Of a stretch of DNA of 64,000 bases, positions 25,856-39,280 are shown one piece after another. Position 1 is the first letter of the stretch, and each line of letters begins with the position of its first letter. The position numbers were made by a program, and so were the translations under genes. Below the pieces are notes generated by a model, which searched no databases, had not been told where the DNA came from, and saw only the letters and a list, made by a program, of their open reading frames with translations. The stretch lies in contig NC_058368.1 in NCBI RefSeq assembly GCF_018350175.1, forward strand, positions 227,232,001 to 227,296,000. The letters run 5' to 3'. The stretch is from Felis catus (taxonomy: Eukaryota).

Positions 25856-26047
25856 GGGGCACCTGGGAGGCTCAGTCGGTTAAGTGTCCGACTTCGGCTC
25901 AGGTCGTGATCTCGCAGTTCATTAGTTCAAGCCCTGCGTGGGGCTCTGTGCTGACAGCTCGGAGCCTGGAGCCTGCTTCTGATTCTGTGTCTCCCTCTCT
26001 GCCCCTCCCCTGCTCACACTGTCTCTCACTCTCAAAAATAAATAAAC
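25856..26047 (+). mobile_element. CAN-SINE
   Basis: Degenerate TSD atcaaaatatttagaggcac/atcaaaatacttagcggcac. Confidence 0.92.
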
Positions 26048-27189
26048 ATCAAAATACTTAGCGGCACGGACCGTTGGAGCTGGAGCTGGAAGGCTGTCCA
26101 AATGACTGATACCTGGTTAGGTAGGGAGCTGGGTTTACCTAGGTAAACACGTGCTATCCAGTGGTGGCGTTGTCTTAACTTCGTGTGGGAAGAGAAGGGG
26201 AATATTTTCGCATCTACAAAGTCGTTAATACAGCCAGATTTGATAACATATGTCAACTAATCAGTGTGAGCTACTGTCTACTACGGAATACGAATGTGTA
26301 GATGACGTCTGCAGACAACAAGATACATAATTAAGAAAGGCTGAGAAGATTCCATGCAAACTGGATACTTAAATGCCCGAAGCAAGAAATGCACACCTCG
26401 CTTTCAAAAGTTTCGAACCTTGACGATCTCCACTGTTTCGGGCTCTTATGTGAATATATTGAGAATCACACACTCAGAGGACCTCAGAGACCATCCAAAT
26501 CACACAAGGTGACCAGGTGATTGCTCCAGTATCCCGAAGCCATTTGTGCCAAGGAAGAAACTAGAGCCTAGAAAGCCTGCCGATTCCTCATCTCCTGCTC
26601 CTCATGGTGTCACCTTGTCCGAACCATCAGTGAGCATCGATCCCGAGTGTTTATTGTCCTCTCTTCCACTGTGCACGCACACCTAGCAAAAGCGTATCTT
26701 GTTTGAGAAAGTCAACAGTGTGACCTGTGCCTCAAACAACAGATTCTGTAGGTAAAAACATATGGGAAACCCCCTAATACCATTTCCCTCTTGGGGATTT
26801 ACAAGACACACGGGCATTTAAAGTCTTTGAGAAGCTATGCCATTTGAACAACAACAAAAAAGTTTAACTTTGATTCCTAAAGGTATTTGCATGCCTAGAG
26901 CTTTTTTATGTATAGCACCTATTAACATCTGGGAGAAACCGTGTTCCTAGGGCACATTCAGAAACATCGCAGGAGTTCCTTAATCTCCAAACCTCTAGGG
27001 TATTTCAGAGTAAATTTCAGAGTTGGTAATCACCAGTTTAGGAATTAGGGAGAGAGTGTTTTCAGGGGGGTCGTAGGGAATTGAAAGACTTAATGCATTT
27101 AGGAGGGTCCTATTAAAGTAAGACCCTGTTTAATAGGGTCTTAAAGGTAGGAACTAAATGAAACAACATGGTCTTGAAAAAAGATTTTT

Positions 27190-27340
27190 AGGGGGCACCT
27201 GGGTGGCTCAGTCGGTGACGTGACTGAAGCTCAGGTCATGATCTTCAGATCCTCTGTCTCCCTCTCTCCCTGCCCCTCCCCTGCCTCGCACACACACTCT
27301 CTCTCTCCAAGATAAACATTAAAAAAAAAAATTAAAAAGA
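27190..27340 (+). mobile_element. CAN-SINE (internally deleted)
   Basis: Head joined directly to the CT linker; TSD aaaaga(t/c)ttttag. Confidence 0.85.
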
Positions 27341-27427
27341 AAAGACTTTTAGTCTAGTGATTCTGTTAATTATACTCAAAGGCACAGATACTAATTTTTT
27401 TGAAAAAATACCACAATAGAAAGAATT

Positions 27428-27630
27428 TCTTTTTTAAAGTTTATTCGGGGAGAGAGAGAGAGAAAGAGAGAGAGCACAGTGGGGAGGGACAAAGCGAGAG
27501 AGAGAGAATCCCAAGCGGACTTCTCACCACCAGTGCAGATCCCCATGTGGGGCTTCGAATTCAAGAACTCTGAGATTATGACCTGAGCCAAAGTCAGATG
27601 CTCAATTGGCTAAGCCACTCAAGTGCCCCA
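27428..27630 (-). mobile_element. CAN-SINE (older)
   Basis: gagagaatcccaagc...gacctgagccaaagtcagatgctcaa. Confidence 0.85.
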
Positions 27631-27970
27631 GAAAGTTTTTTCAAATGCAACCCACCTTGACAATCCAAAAGGAAAATGTATCCAGCAGAATTTTACCTAA
27701 GGCTCCAAGGAACAGAACACTAGTAAGACGTCACCTGGCAAAAGGAATAATTAACCAACCCCAGCAGTCTTTGGGTTCATCTCAGGATACTTGCTTTTAT
27801 ATATTTGTGCTTCAGTATGCTTTTGCAACATCCCTTGCACGGTTCTCATTTGAAAAGGGGGGAGGGTTTGCTTAAAGAATCCATCATTTTCCTTGTCGGT
27901 TTTTTCCTATCTCATTAATCAATTTCACATCATCTTGACTTATTTTCACTTAAAAGGAGTTTAAGAACAT

Positions 27971-28190
27971 GGGGCGCCTGGGTGGCGCAGTCGGTTAAGC
28001 GTCCGACTTCAGCCAGGTCACGATCTCGCGGTCCGGGAGTTCAAGCCCCGCGTCAGGCTCTGGGCTGATGGCTCAGAGCCTGGAGCCTGTTTCCGATTCT
28101 GTGTCTCCCTCTCTCTCTCTGCCCCTCCCGCGTTCATGCTCTGTCTCTCTCTGTCCCAAAAATAAATAAACGTTGAAAAAAAAAAATTTT
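27971..28190 (+). mobile_element. Young felid CAN-SINE
   Basis: Young-subfamily head; TSD tttaagaac. Confidence 0.94.
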
Positions 28191-30271
28191 TTAAGAACCA
28201 CAGAGGGGTTAAGTGTTAAGGGAAGAAGAAAATCTGTATCTAGTTTTTGTTGTTTTTTTTTTTTTTTTTCAAATCCAGAAAAGGCTGCCTGTTCAAATAG
28301 TGAGCAACGGTGTTGAGTAGGTTGTGATCAGATTTTAGTGTCCTCGAAGACCGGTTTTTTTCCTACCCTCCGGTTGCCCACTGCATTTTGCTATTTGGTG
28401 GGAGGAGCTCCACATCAGTGACCAGACTTCATGTTGCCATTAGCGTGCCACAGGGAAACCGGTCAGTGTTTCTGTGCAAAACGGGAAGCGTCCAGCTTCA
28501 AAAAGGAACAGCTCCTTGCAGCAGGGCGTGATGAGTGAGGCCCGGTGAATACAGTGTGGACCGGACCTAGGTCCAGGCACACAACAATGTTACTCAGCCA
28601 AGTAGCGCAGAGCACATACACTGTGTCTCTAGTTCCATTACCTCAGAAAATCCAAGCACAGCAAAGAACACAAGAGCACACCTCCTAAAGCCCAGAGGGA
28701 ATTCTGTCCATTTCTATCGCCTCACCTTGTGCTCAAGCAGATGCCCTGTGTGTTTCTTCGAAGCCCTAGGCCAGTGCAGTGCTAAATGCAACCTGAACCC
28801 AATGGCAAGAAAAGAAGACCGGTCAGTTCCAAACACTGGTATTCAAATCTTCAGGCCATGTCCGTTTAAATTTTAAAAAGTTTATTATAGGGTTTGTAGC
28901 AAGCTCTGCAAACGTGTTATGTTCATCACCTTCATGGGAGAAACAAACTGTACCCTAAGAAGTGATCTGCCGATGGCGGGGGGGGGGGGGGGGTGTCGGC
29001 TTTTAACCACAGCTCATTTACAAATTACGGCAGGTAGTAAAGCTGGGAAAATTGATCTTTCAACTGATGTAGCACAGTAAGCAAAAGGATTTTCTGTGGA
29101 AGGAGAGCTGTTGATTAATTAGGGTGAGAAAGGAGAGGGAGAGAAAAGGCGTTTAATTGCAACACCCCCAAAGCCCCGCGAGCGCCCTCCTGAGGCCGGT
29201 CAGCTTCCTGCAGTTCCTGGCTGGTTTTCTCAGAGAGAAAGTTCTCTGCAGCTTCACTTCCGCCTTTCTGTGCATCCCCGCTGCGGCTGCCTTCGTTCAG
29301 GGTCAGGGCTGGACCCGCGGGAAACTGCAGGTTACACTTCCAGCCTGAGCCGTTCCGCTTTTGTCCAGGTCTCTACTGGGGGTAAAATACATGTCCTTTG
29401 AAAATGGGTTTTGCTGCCCCAGAACGGGCTGGTTTTCCCAGGACCCTCCCCAACAGGGCCTTCCTTCCTGAGACCATTAAAACTTCCCAAAGTGCACACA
29501 CCACATTACCCTTTGCTTGAGAGAATAGAGTTGTGCAGCCGCGTGGCCTCCATCTACCTCCCGCGGGATTTGGTTCTCACCAGTGTAAACAGATCCTGGT
29601 GATATTTCTGTTTATTCCTACAGAGATTTGCCATCCGATAAGTGTTAGCTAAGCAAACACATTCGCTTTGCGGAGCCAAATGCATCACTGGTTAGCAAGC
29701 CTTCTCCCACTTAGAGAACATTTTTCCCCCTGTGGGCAGTCACCCCACTCATTGTTCAGCAGCCAGTGACAAAGAAAAGCAGTGACAGCAGATGAAGGGG
29801 AGAGGACTTACTGCCCCACTCAAGAGTGAACGGGCAGGAAATGCCCTGCTGGTGTCCCGAGGCCACCCAGCTGGCCGGGCCACCAGGTGTCACCTGCAAA
29901 CTTCCAGGGGAAACTCACTCGGGACTGGGTTTCTCAAGTGAGGAGCTGAGGCAGTGAAGGTGGAGAGCAGCTCTGGGGTCCCTTCTTGCCCATCATCTCT
30001 TCTGCCATCTTGTGAATCTGATCTGGCCTCCTGGCCCTTCACCTGGTGATTCTCTCGTCCTGGGCAGCTCAGACCACTTAGCCTGTTTTACCTTCAGGGA
30101 ACCATGGTGCTGGATGCCCGGTGGTCCCACTGGCCCCGATCCCCTGCAGTCCTTACCAGGCTGCCAGCGGACACGGCCCTTCAGGGGTGGGGATCCAGGA
30201 TCCTTAGATGTTGGGCCCATGGCTGAGAGAGTCTAAGGGATCCTGGCTCTGACCACATGTGTCTCCCTACC

Positions 30272-30487
30272 TTTATTATTATTATTTTTAATGCGTACGT
30301 ATTTTTGAGAGAGAGAGAGAGCACAAAGAGTAGGGGCAGTGACAGGGAGAGAGACAGAATCCCAAGCAGGCTCTGGGCCGTCAGCTCAGAGCCCGATGAG
30401 GGGCTCGAACGCACAAACCGTGAGATCGTGGCCTGAGCCGAAATCAAGAGTCAGACACTTAACTGACTGAGCCCCCCAGGCGCCCCA
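30272..30487 (-). mobile_element. CAN-SINE
   Basis: agaatcccaagcaggctct...caggcgcccc. Confidence 0.9.
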
Positions 30488-30929
30488 GGGTTATGTTTCT
30501 CTTTAGACTTGAGAGCATCTACTTCTCTTTTGTTTGGGGCTCCATTGTAATTAAGTATTGTTTTATTCTACATGACTTGCATCACAGATGGTCCCAGGTA
30601 GAGTTTTCAGCTTGTGCCCTCCAGTCGCCAGTGCCCGGCAGTGACACCTGCTGCTCCTCAGCTGGAAACACCCCCTCCTTGCCATCAAACCAATATCGAT
30701 TGACAACCTGGATGAGGCCCCACCCCCGGGGAAACTGACGCGGGGATGTGGTGCCGAGGCAGATGAGATACATCTTATTTCTTGCATCGAAATAAATGTC
30801 GGTTCCTGTCCTTCTTTCCTGCCGCCAACGCCATGAGTCTTGGATTCGAACCCCCTTCCCCGCAGCCCTGTGGCAAGAGGTGGGCTTCCAGTGCGGTTCT
30901 CTTACCATTTCAGTCCATTACACACATCC

Positions 30930-31290
30930 CTACCGGATCAGTCCTCATAGACTCTGCAGGCACAGGCTCTCGTTCTTGCCTATTGCCTGTCACACCCAAC
31001 CTAAAGCCACCTGTCTGGGATCACGTGACCCCCCCACCCAACCCAATTTTCCCTCCACCCTCCTCTCTGCACCCCCCCCCCCCAGACCCTTCCTCCCCTG
31101 TCTTCTCCAGCACACAGCAGGCTCTCTTCCGCTGTTCAAGTTTGTCTCCCCACCGGTCTGGGCTGTACTGCCTTTGAGAACTTTAACCCATCTTTGCTTG
31201 CTCCGGATTGTCATTGCAACCTCCTTGGAGGCAGGGACCTCCTGGGAAATCCCTTTAGTATGCTGCGTGGCACCAGGCACATGACAGCTA
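30930..31290 (+). mobile_element. L2 3' remnant
   Basis: tgtctccccac...ggaggcagggacc...gcaccaggcaca resembles an L2 end. Confidence 0.4.
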
Positions 31291-31616
31291 ATGGACAAAT
31301 ACGTGTGAGTCAGGAGATGGCCAAACAGGCCGGCTCCAAGCAGCACCTGCTGGCACAGAATTACTGGGGTGAAAGAGTTCCCAGGGCCCCAGCTGGAGCT
31401 CTGGGTAGATTTTGTATAATGAGGTATCACTGAAAAGTGTGAACACGTAAAGCCAGTGCCTCCTCGCACATGCCATGTACGTTTCCTTCTGAAGACTCAG
31501 ATTAATGAAGATAAGTGTTGAGTAGTGAGAAGTTTGGCTGATTTTGCTTAGTTACTGCTGCTTTTGGCCATGTGGCTGAGCTCATTCAAAATTAATTTCC
31601 ACTCATTTTTTTATTC

Positions 31617-31830
31617 CAAAAAAATTTTTAATGCTTATTTTTTGAGAGAAACAGAGAGAGACAGCGCAAGCGGGGGAGGGGCAGAGAGTGAGGGAGACAC
31701 AGAATCCGAAGCAGGCTCCGGGCTCTGAGCTGTCGGCACAGAGCCCGACACGGGGCTCGAACTCACGGACTGAGGGATCATGACCTGAGCTGAAGTCGGA
31801 CGCTTAACCGACTGAGCCACCCAGGTGCCC
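31617..31830 (-). mobile_element. CAN-SINE
   Basis: TSD tttcc(a/g)ctcatttttt. Confidence 0.92.
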
Positions 31831-34800
31831 TTTCCGCTCATTTTTTTGAGCAAGGAAACCGTATGGATAAAAAGAAATTGAGAGGCAGCAGTGGGTCATG
31901 AGAGCTGGGGAACCTGGCTGGGCAGCGAGGGGACTTGGTAACAAAGGCACTCTGGGAACTGCTTCTCTGGATCTGTATCTTTGCATTTCCCCCGGAGATC
32001 ACAAGGCAACTACCACGATTACCCTTCTTGCTGCCCCTCTCCTCCCCACCAGCTGGAGAGTCATGAGATCACAGGCAGCTTGGGGCAGCATGGCCACTTC
32101 TAGCAGAGTGAGCTCATCAACCCACCCAGAGCTCAGGTCCCTCCACAAATCCCACCAGACCACGCTGAGGGGCCATGTGGATGTGGCCTAGTGGATCAAG
32201 GAAGTGAGCGTTGGCCTGAATCTGCCCTCGGGGCTGTGGCTACGTTAAGAAGCAAGTCAATTCCAGAAGATATTTAGACCTGCCACAGGTCTCTAGGACT
32301 GATTTTAGTCTGCCCTGAACCAAAAATGCATCTTGAGGTCCCACAGAGCCCTTGGAGGTCCCTGATGTGCCAGGTGCTGGGGTTTAGATCAGGGCAGACA
32401 TCCAAACCATTGTCTCGCCCAGTGTTCTTATTTGGGGGAAGAAAAGAGGATTGGTGATTTGTCTCCTTAGATACCAGCTACTCCCACACACACGATCTCA
32501 GTTAATCCCTAAAATCTGACCTGCAGGAGACAGATTGGGGTGAGCATTCCTATTTTACTCAAGATACTGAATCTCAGAGAGGCGAAGTCATGCCCAGGAT
32601 AACACAGCACTAACCCAGAGCTGAAGTGATAGTCCCCGTGCTTTCCAGATGACTCTGCGGGTGGGAGACACCAGAGTCTCAGTTCCACATCTGAGAGCTT
32701 GAGGAGCTCGAGTAAATCATTTTTCCCTATGAGCCTCAGTCTCCCCCTCTTTTACGAGAGCCAAGACTCCCTACCTTGGCTGGCTTTTCAGGAGGCTTAA
32801 ATGAAACGTGGTGACTCCAGAGAAATGCCAGCACAGACCCCTGTTCCCACAGCTAGAGAGCTTCATATGACTCTGCTGATCTATACAGGGATGAATAGGA
32901 AAATGATTTTGAATTTCTACCTAGCAGTTCCTTTCAAATGCATTTTACAAACAGAAAGGAAAAGGAAAGAACCAGTGAAAACAGATTTGTGTCTCATTCC
33001 AGATATATTTTAAGGCTGTATTCCTTTTCAAAATTTGCAGCCAATGTCAACAAATGCTTAGTTTGTCTAATCTTTTTGTGGTTTGCATAGAAGGTGGATT
33101 GAGTGTTTTTCAAAGTTGGGACTTCCTGTTTTTCCCTGATCAGTGTTTTTCTCTTAATTCTTCATTTTTTTTTTTTTTTTTTTTTGCGTCAGCCAAGAAA
33201 ACATGTAATGCAGTCATATGGAATTAGTCTTAAGTTCCATATGCGTTTGACAGGATTAGAAATTAGGTGATATCATAGTTTATGTCCTATTTTATCTACA
33301 TAGTATGTGTTCGTCTTCGCATAAAAGGGAGCAATTATGAAGAAATATGTTTTTTCTTCTGTAGAAATGGTCTTTTTAGAAAGACCAAGGGGAAAATCTT
33401 ATTGCATTTGAACTTGTGAGGAAACAGCATATTCTGTATTGAGCAATTGAAAGGCATCGTAAAGCTTACTTTAAAACAGATTAAAATATACAGCGTAATT
33501 AATTTTACACGATGAGAAAAATCTATTACTATTCCAAGTCGTTGTTTTTACCCTTGAAGCACAATTGTTAAAATCTGCACTTGCCAGTTAGAAACTTGAC
33601 AAATCACCTTGGGAGAGGCCCTTTTACTCTCAGTAAAATAAGAAGAAATATTTACTTTGGTTTATTCCTTAGTGTTAAGGAGAGGTTATGAAGCCAGAAT
33701 ACTGAGCACCTCAAAAATTTTCTAGAAGGGGAATGTAGCTTCTTTTTTCTCACTGCCACTGTGGGAGCACATCATGAGTTTCGAGTCATTTACCTGGGGG
33801 GGGGGGTTAATGTGCTGTGAGAATATTAAATCTGTGTTTTCAAGACTGCATTGGAGCCATGAGGAAGCTCAAGGGTGTTAAGACAGTTCTAACACTGAAC
33901 TTGGAACAGGCCTTCAAGTCTTACAGAAAGGCTGTCCTGTATGATGCCAGTGAGTTTGATGGAGTTGTGCCCAGCGTCCAAGCTCCGTCTTTCGCTTTTT
34001 CGATTTTTGCACAGCTGTTTAGGGCACATTCCGTAATACCTTGGTTCTGAAGTTCTCTTTCTGACTCATTTTGATCGATTTGAATTCTCTCCTCTGTTCC
34101 GCTCACACGGCGGTGGTGCTTTGTTTGCACCTGTGCACTTGTGCGGCGATCGTCCTTTCGTGTTTCTCCCCCACGGCCTTTTTACTGTCTTCCCCCTCAG
34201 CACTTGTCGCGTCTTTGGCTCCTCGAGTCTGTCCTCCTCCCTGCCGTGCAAAAGCACCCGAATCCTTACCACAGTTCATCAGCGAGTAACTATTCTTACA
34301 AGCCCCCAATTCGAAGCTTTTTGGGGGATGGAAAGAAAGATCCAGGTGCCTGAATATCCGAATGTGAGTGTGCTGTGTTTGCCCGGCACGGTGCTCTTTC
34401 TGTTCAGTGTATGTGACATGGTGGCCGTAAAAACGTCACAGCCTGTGTGACCACTGAGTCAGGTACATTGGTCAGTAAAGAGCAAGTTGTCAGGCAGGTA
34501 CACCCCACTCACTGAGTATATTTGAATGAATGAAACAGTTCCGTGAATAAATAGATAGTGGAAGATAAGCCTGTGCCAGGAGCCGTTATGTGGCTGAGAA
34601 CAGTTACTGAGGGTTCCCGGGGAAGAAACCATGACCTTGGTCTCAGAGGATGGGCAGAAGGTAGGAGGCAGAGTTGACATTTCGGTTGGGATTAAGAGCG
34701 AGCACAGCGAGGAAATTCAGGTGGGGGTCTTACCAGGGGAGCCCTGATGGCCTTTTGAGTCTGTAGGACCCCAAGAAGCCTTCTCACACCCTGCAAACTG

Positions 34801-35459
34801 GGTTAAATGCCTTTTGCTCTACTGGCACTGGGTTCTAATTGTTGTTTCGCCTTTTTGTAAACAAATTGCGATTTAGGTGTTAAAGTCCAAAAGGGGGGAG
34901 GTAGGGTCACTAAGGGCTGAAGCAAGCCGCGGCAGGAGGGTGAGTTGAGCCAAGAGAAGATTCCTCTTTTCTCCTGCTGAAAGGTCTAGATTTTGGATAC
35001 TGGCAACGGTCTTGTGGCCAGCACACGGCTTCTCGTGCTGAGCCTCCTGTTTGAAACTATCGTAAATCGTGGCCTTTTCAAGCAAAATGAACAAGGGGAA
35101 TTCTTCTGCGTGGTATCGTCACAGGTGACCACAAAGAGCATGACAAAAACATGTCAACATTTGCAGGGTGGCTGTCAGCTTGGCACCCTTAAGGAATCGG
35201 CATTTTCTTTATTTTGTGTGAATTGACGAAGTTGCTTTTTTTTCTTCCATTTTAAGCGATACAAGTAACATATGCTCTTTGTCATGAGTGGGACGGTACG
35301 GATGTACAGATGTGTGTGTGAAGTTACAAATGTTCCCCTTCCTGCCTCCCTCCAATCCTCCCTCCTCTAAAATCACCAGTGTTGACCGTTGGGGAGACGT
35401 TACTCTCCAGTTTTCTCTCTGCTCATACAAATGTATTTACACCTTTCGGGGGGGTCTTT

Positions 35460-35691
35460 CTTTTTTATTTTATTTTTTAATTTTTTTTTTAATGTTTAGT
35501 TATTTTTGAGAGAGAGAGAGAAAGTGAGGGGCGGGGAGGGGCAGACAGAGAGGGAAACACGGAATCCGACACAGGCTCCAGGCTCCGAGCTGTCAGCACA
35601 GAGCCCGACCTGGGGCTCAAACCCACAAACCACGAGATCATGACCTGAACTGAAGTCGGACGCTTAACCGACTGAGCCACCCAGGCGCCCC
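35460..35691 (-). mobile_element. CAN-SINE
   Basis: Full-length reverse copy. Confidence 0.92.
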
Positions 35692-35699
35692 TTTCTTTT

Positions 35700-36184
35700 T
35701 TATTTTTAATGGGATAAAAATATCCCATGTTGCTTAAGGTGCGATCTTCCTCTACTTAACACTGTGTATGGGCCTCTTTCTAGTTCATTATGTCTAGAGC
35801 TGCTTCCAGCTCATGCTTTATGATTGCTGGATAACATTCCCCTCTGTGCATGTGCTGTAATTTGGTCTTTCCTATATTGATGGACAGATTGTTGTCACTT
35901 GTCAGTCATTACAAAGGATGCTTTAATGAGCACCTTCCTATGTGTGGCATTACTTACTGGTACTTTTGTTCGGAGAGGGATTACTGGATCAGGAGTTGGT
36001 ATACTTTTAATTTTAATACCTGTTGACATATTCCTTGGCCACAAGATTATAGCAGTGTAGGGGCGCCTGGGGGGGCTCAGTTGGTTAAGCGTCCACCTCT
36101 CGGTTTCGGCTCGGGTCATGATCTGATTTCACGAATTCGAGCCCCGCTTTGGGCTCTGTGCTGACAACGCGGAGCCTGCTTGGG

Positions 36185-36226
<42 letters not shown>

Positions 36227-36620
36227 CTCCCCCTGCCCCTCTCTCGCTTACACTGTCTCTGTCTCTCTCAAAATAAATAAACTTAAAAAATTAAAATAAA
36301 AAAAAAAAGATTGTAGCCGCTTACATCGTGGCCAGTCCTGTATGAGATTTCCCATCGGGCCACACCTTCATCAGCCCTGGATTGTGTCAGTCATTTAAAT
36401 TTTTTTATCTGATAGTAGTCTTGTCGTTTTGATTTTTATTTCCCTGACTCCTGTTGTGGTAGAACATCTTTTCATGTGTACATGCTCCGTCAGCCTTTCT
36501 TTTTCTGTGAGTTGCCTTCTCTCTGGGAACTTTTAATATCAGGTAAGGGAAGCATCCCCTCACTAGCCTTCTTTAGTGCATTTTCTTGGTTATCCTCCCA
36601 TATAAAGTTGAAAATCATTT
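35700..36620 (-). mobile_element. Old L1M 3' remnant (interrupted by a SINE)
   Basis: cctatattgatggaca, gggattactggatca and gaacatcttttcatgtgt are typical antisense L1M text. Confidence 0.55.
36060..36306 (+). mobile_element. CAN-SINE with (TC)n expansion
   Basis: TSD aagatt(a/g)tagc. Confidence 0.92.
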
Positions 36621-36654
36621 TACCCAGGTCCAAATGAAATCCCAGATCACTGGA

Positions 36655-36837
36655 ATTTTTTTTAATGTTTATTTATTTGTTGGGGGGGGGGTGGGGAGGG
36701 GCAGAGAGAACCCCAAGCAGGCTCTGCGTTGTCAGCACAGAGCCCAATGCGGGGCTCGAACCCATGAGCTGTGAGATCATAACCTGAGCCGAAACCAAGA
36801 GTGGACGCTCAACCAACTGAGCCACCAAGGCGCCCCT
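36655..36837 (-). mobile_element. CAN-SINE
   Basis: Degenerate TSD cagatcactggaattt/caaatcactgggattt. Confidence 0.9.
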
Positions 36838-37168
36838 CAAATCACTGGGATTTCAACTGAAACTCCCGTGAAACTTACCCCATGAATTCTGAAAGGAACT
36901 ATACTCCTTGTTGAATGTATTACCAAGAATTGTATAGTTTTGTTTCTTTATGATGGGAGAGGGGCAGTTTATTAGTCTGATACTGGTCTAATAAGCTTAC
37001 TAATCTAATAAGACAAAGACTGTACCATTAGAAACAAAGAGAGGAAACAGGCTTTTTTTTTTTTCTCAACACTGTACTTTTAAATAACAAATATATAGTA
37101 AGGAGTTTCATTCTCCTATCCATTTATGTTCATATTTTCCTAAATGATGGTTTAAAACAACAATTTCA

Positions 37169-37395
37169 GGGGCGCCTGGGTGGCTCAGTCAGTTAAGCGT
37201 CTGACTTCAGCTCTGATCTCACAACCGGTTTGTGGGTTCGAGCCCCGCATCGGGCTCTATACTGCCAGCTCAGAGCCTGAAGCCTGCTTCAGATTCTGTG
37301 TCTCCCTCTCTCTGCCCCTCCCCTGTTCATGCTCTGTCTCTCTCTCTCTCTCTACTTCAAAAATAAATAGACATTAGAAAAAATTTTTAATAAAA
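37169..37395 (+). mobile_element. CAN-SINE
   Basis: TSD aacaatttca. Confidence 0.92.
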
Positions 37396-38391
37396 TAAAA
37401 CAATTTCATTTTCAACTGCTAAGACTTAGCAGTTGCCCTATATACTAGTGCTTCTGGCTTTGGAATCCCTGCTCTGAGTGGAACTCTCAGGGGATTTTCA
37501 AAGGCTTAGATAACCCCTTTTGGGCAGCACGTCTTTGGGGAGCCTTCACTCTCTGTCCTCGGTTTATACCTGGACAATTACATTACCCTTTCACTGCCAA
37601 AAAGATGAACAGACATTGAGGAAAAACCCCAAGCACACCACATACGGAAGATTCCATACCCCAGAGCCACTGACAGTACTGGGGGCAACCAGTAGAACTT
37701 TCTGGAGGCAGGTACTGCCAGAGTCACTGTCTCGCTGTCCGAAGGGACAACATCACAAATTTGTCCCTTTGGAATCACTGGGGCCTTGACCGAGGCTGTG
37801 CCCCTTGAACAGATAACCCTTCCCAGGCACTCACAGGGGTCTCCGCGGAAGCTTCCCAAGCTCCCTTGTAGTCTGTTGCCCAGACTGCCGATCGGGCCTG
37901 TGCTTCGCCACCGACAGCGGCATCCCTCGATGCCAGCAGCCTGCTCCTGACTCCTTTCAAAGAGAAAAGCCTCAAGAAGTTTTACCTCAACCTCACATAC
38001 CTTTTATATGCGTGCTCTCCAACTCCCCAAACCAAATAGCCATTACATAAAAATAACGATTTCCTTCAGTCATAATTATTTCCGGAAGTTAACTGGCTGG
38101 ACAGGTAATCACACATTTCTGTATGAGGACATACCCACTCCCTCCCTGCTTTGCTGAGAGTAGAGAGGTGTCCCATCCCCACCCCTGCACCATTTTCAGT
38201 CTAGCCTTGAGGGACGAGAGAGCGCTGGGCTAATGGTCTCACTGCCTTCTCCTCTGAGCTCTGTCATGTGCCAACCACGAACCTTGGGCAAGTCCTGGGA
38301 TCTCCTTGAGCCTTGGTTTCCTTTTCTACACAGCAGGAAGTTTTAATACTTGCCCTGTTGTTGCAGCATTGTTGGATAAAACCAGCTGTGA

Positions 38392-38560
38392 GGGGGCGCC
38401 TGGGTGGCTCAGTCGGGTGAGCGTCCAACTCTTGATTTGGGCCCAGGTCATGATTTCACGGTTCGCGGGTTTGAGCCCCACTGTCAGTGCAGAGCCTGCT
38501 TGGGATTCTCCCTCCCTCTCTCTCGGTCCCTCCCCCCCCCCAAAATAAACATTGTTTAAA
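38392..38560 (+). mobile_element. CAN-SINE inserted next to a MIR remnant (about 38260-38390)
   Basis: SINE head and tail; upstream ccttgggcaagtc...ttggtttccttttct is MIR core-like. Confidence 0.85.
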
Positions 38561-39280
38561 AACCTTGTGAGAGAAGCCAATAAGATAATGTATGAAGGCG
38601 CGTTCAAGCCTACCATACTGCATATGTAAGAGGCTCTTCTTCCCGTGATCCGTAAGTGTTGCCTGCATGAATTATAACGTGCCATCAACAAGGATGCCTC
38701 TGTGTCTACGGCATCCTTCCAGGGCTCTGAAGGCCAAGTGGAGAAGGGCGCAGATGTCTCCTTTCACTGGGTCCCCTTTGTCCCCCTGGTGCATGTAGGT
38801 GAAAGGGCTAAAGGGGACAACTCTTCATACTACTCTGATTTCCAGAGGTGTAAAACCTGAATTACAGCGAATCTGGATTTATCGAACAAGGCTGAGCATG
38901 GGTATTGACTCTCTCATGCATTGTTTGTGTGAAGTAGTAAGTTGGAAAAATGTATTTTGTTCTTCTCGGTTTAGTCTCGAAATTTTCAAAACACTGTGAT
39001 TTTTATCCACGTTATTCTGTAACCCATTACTTTATCATATTGGGTGGAAAATGTTAGGCATAACACGTGGTTATAGTTGCGAAGACAAAATAAATTCAGG
39101 GTAGTATATAATTCTTTAATCCCTGCTGCCCTTGTGGACACCATTCGACTCTTTGCTGATTTGCTTGTACTACAGCGATAGCCTTTGTCCTGTCCTGCAT
39201 TGTGTTCGAAACAGATGAGACGACAATACTTCATGTGGGATACCATAAATCAGGCCAGTAATTTAAACTAAGGACAGCAA

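Noticed and set aside
28978..28993. Poly-G/poly-C runs (also about 15285, 33796 and 58698-58752)
   Set aside because: Simple homopolymers of uncertain length with no supporting context.
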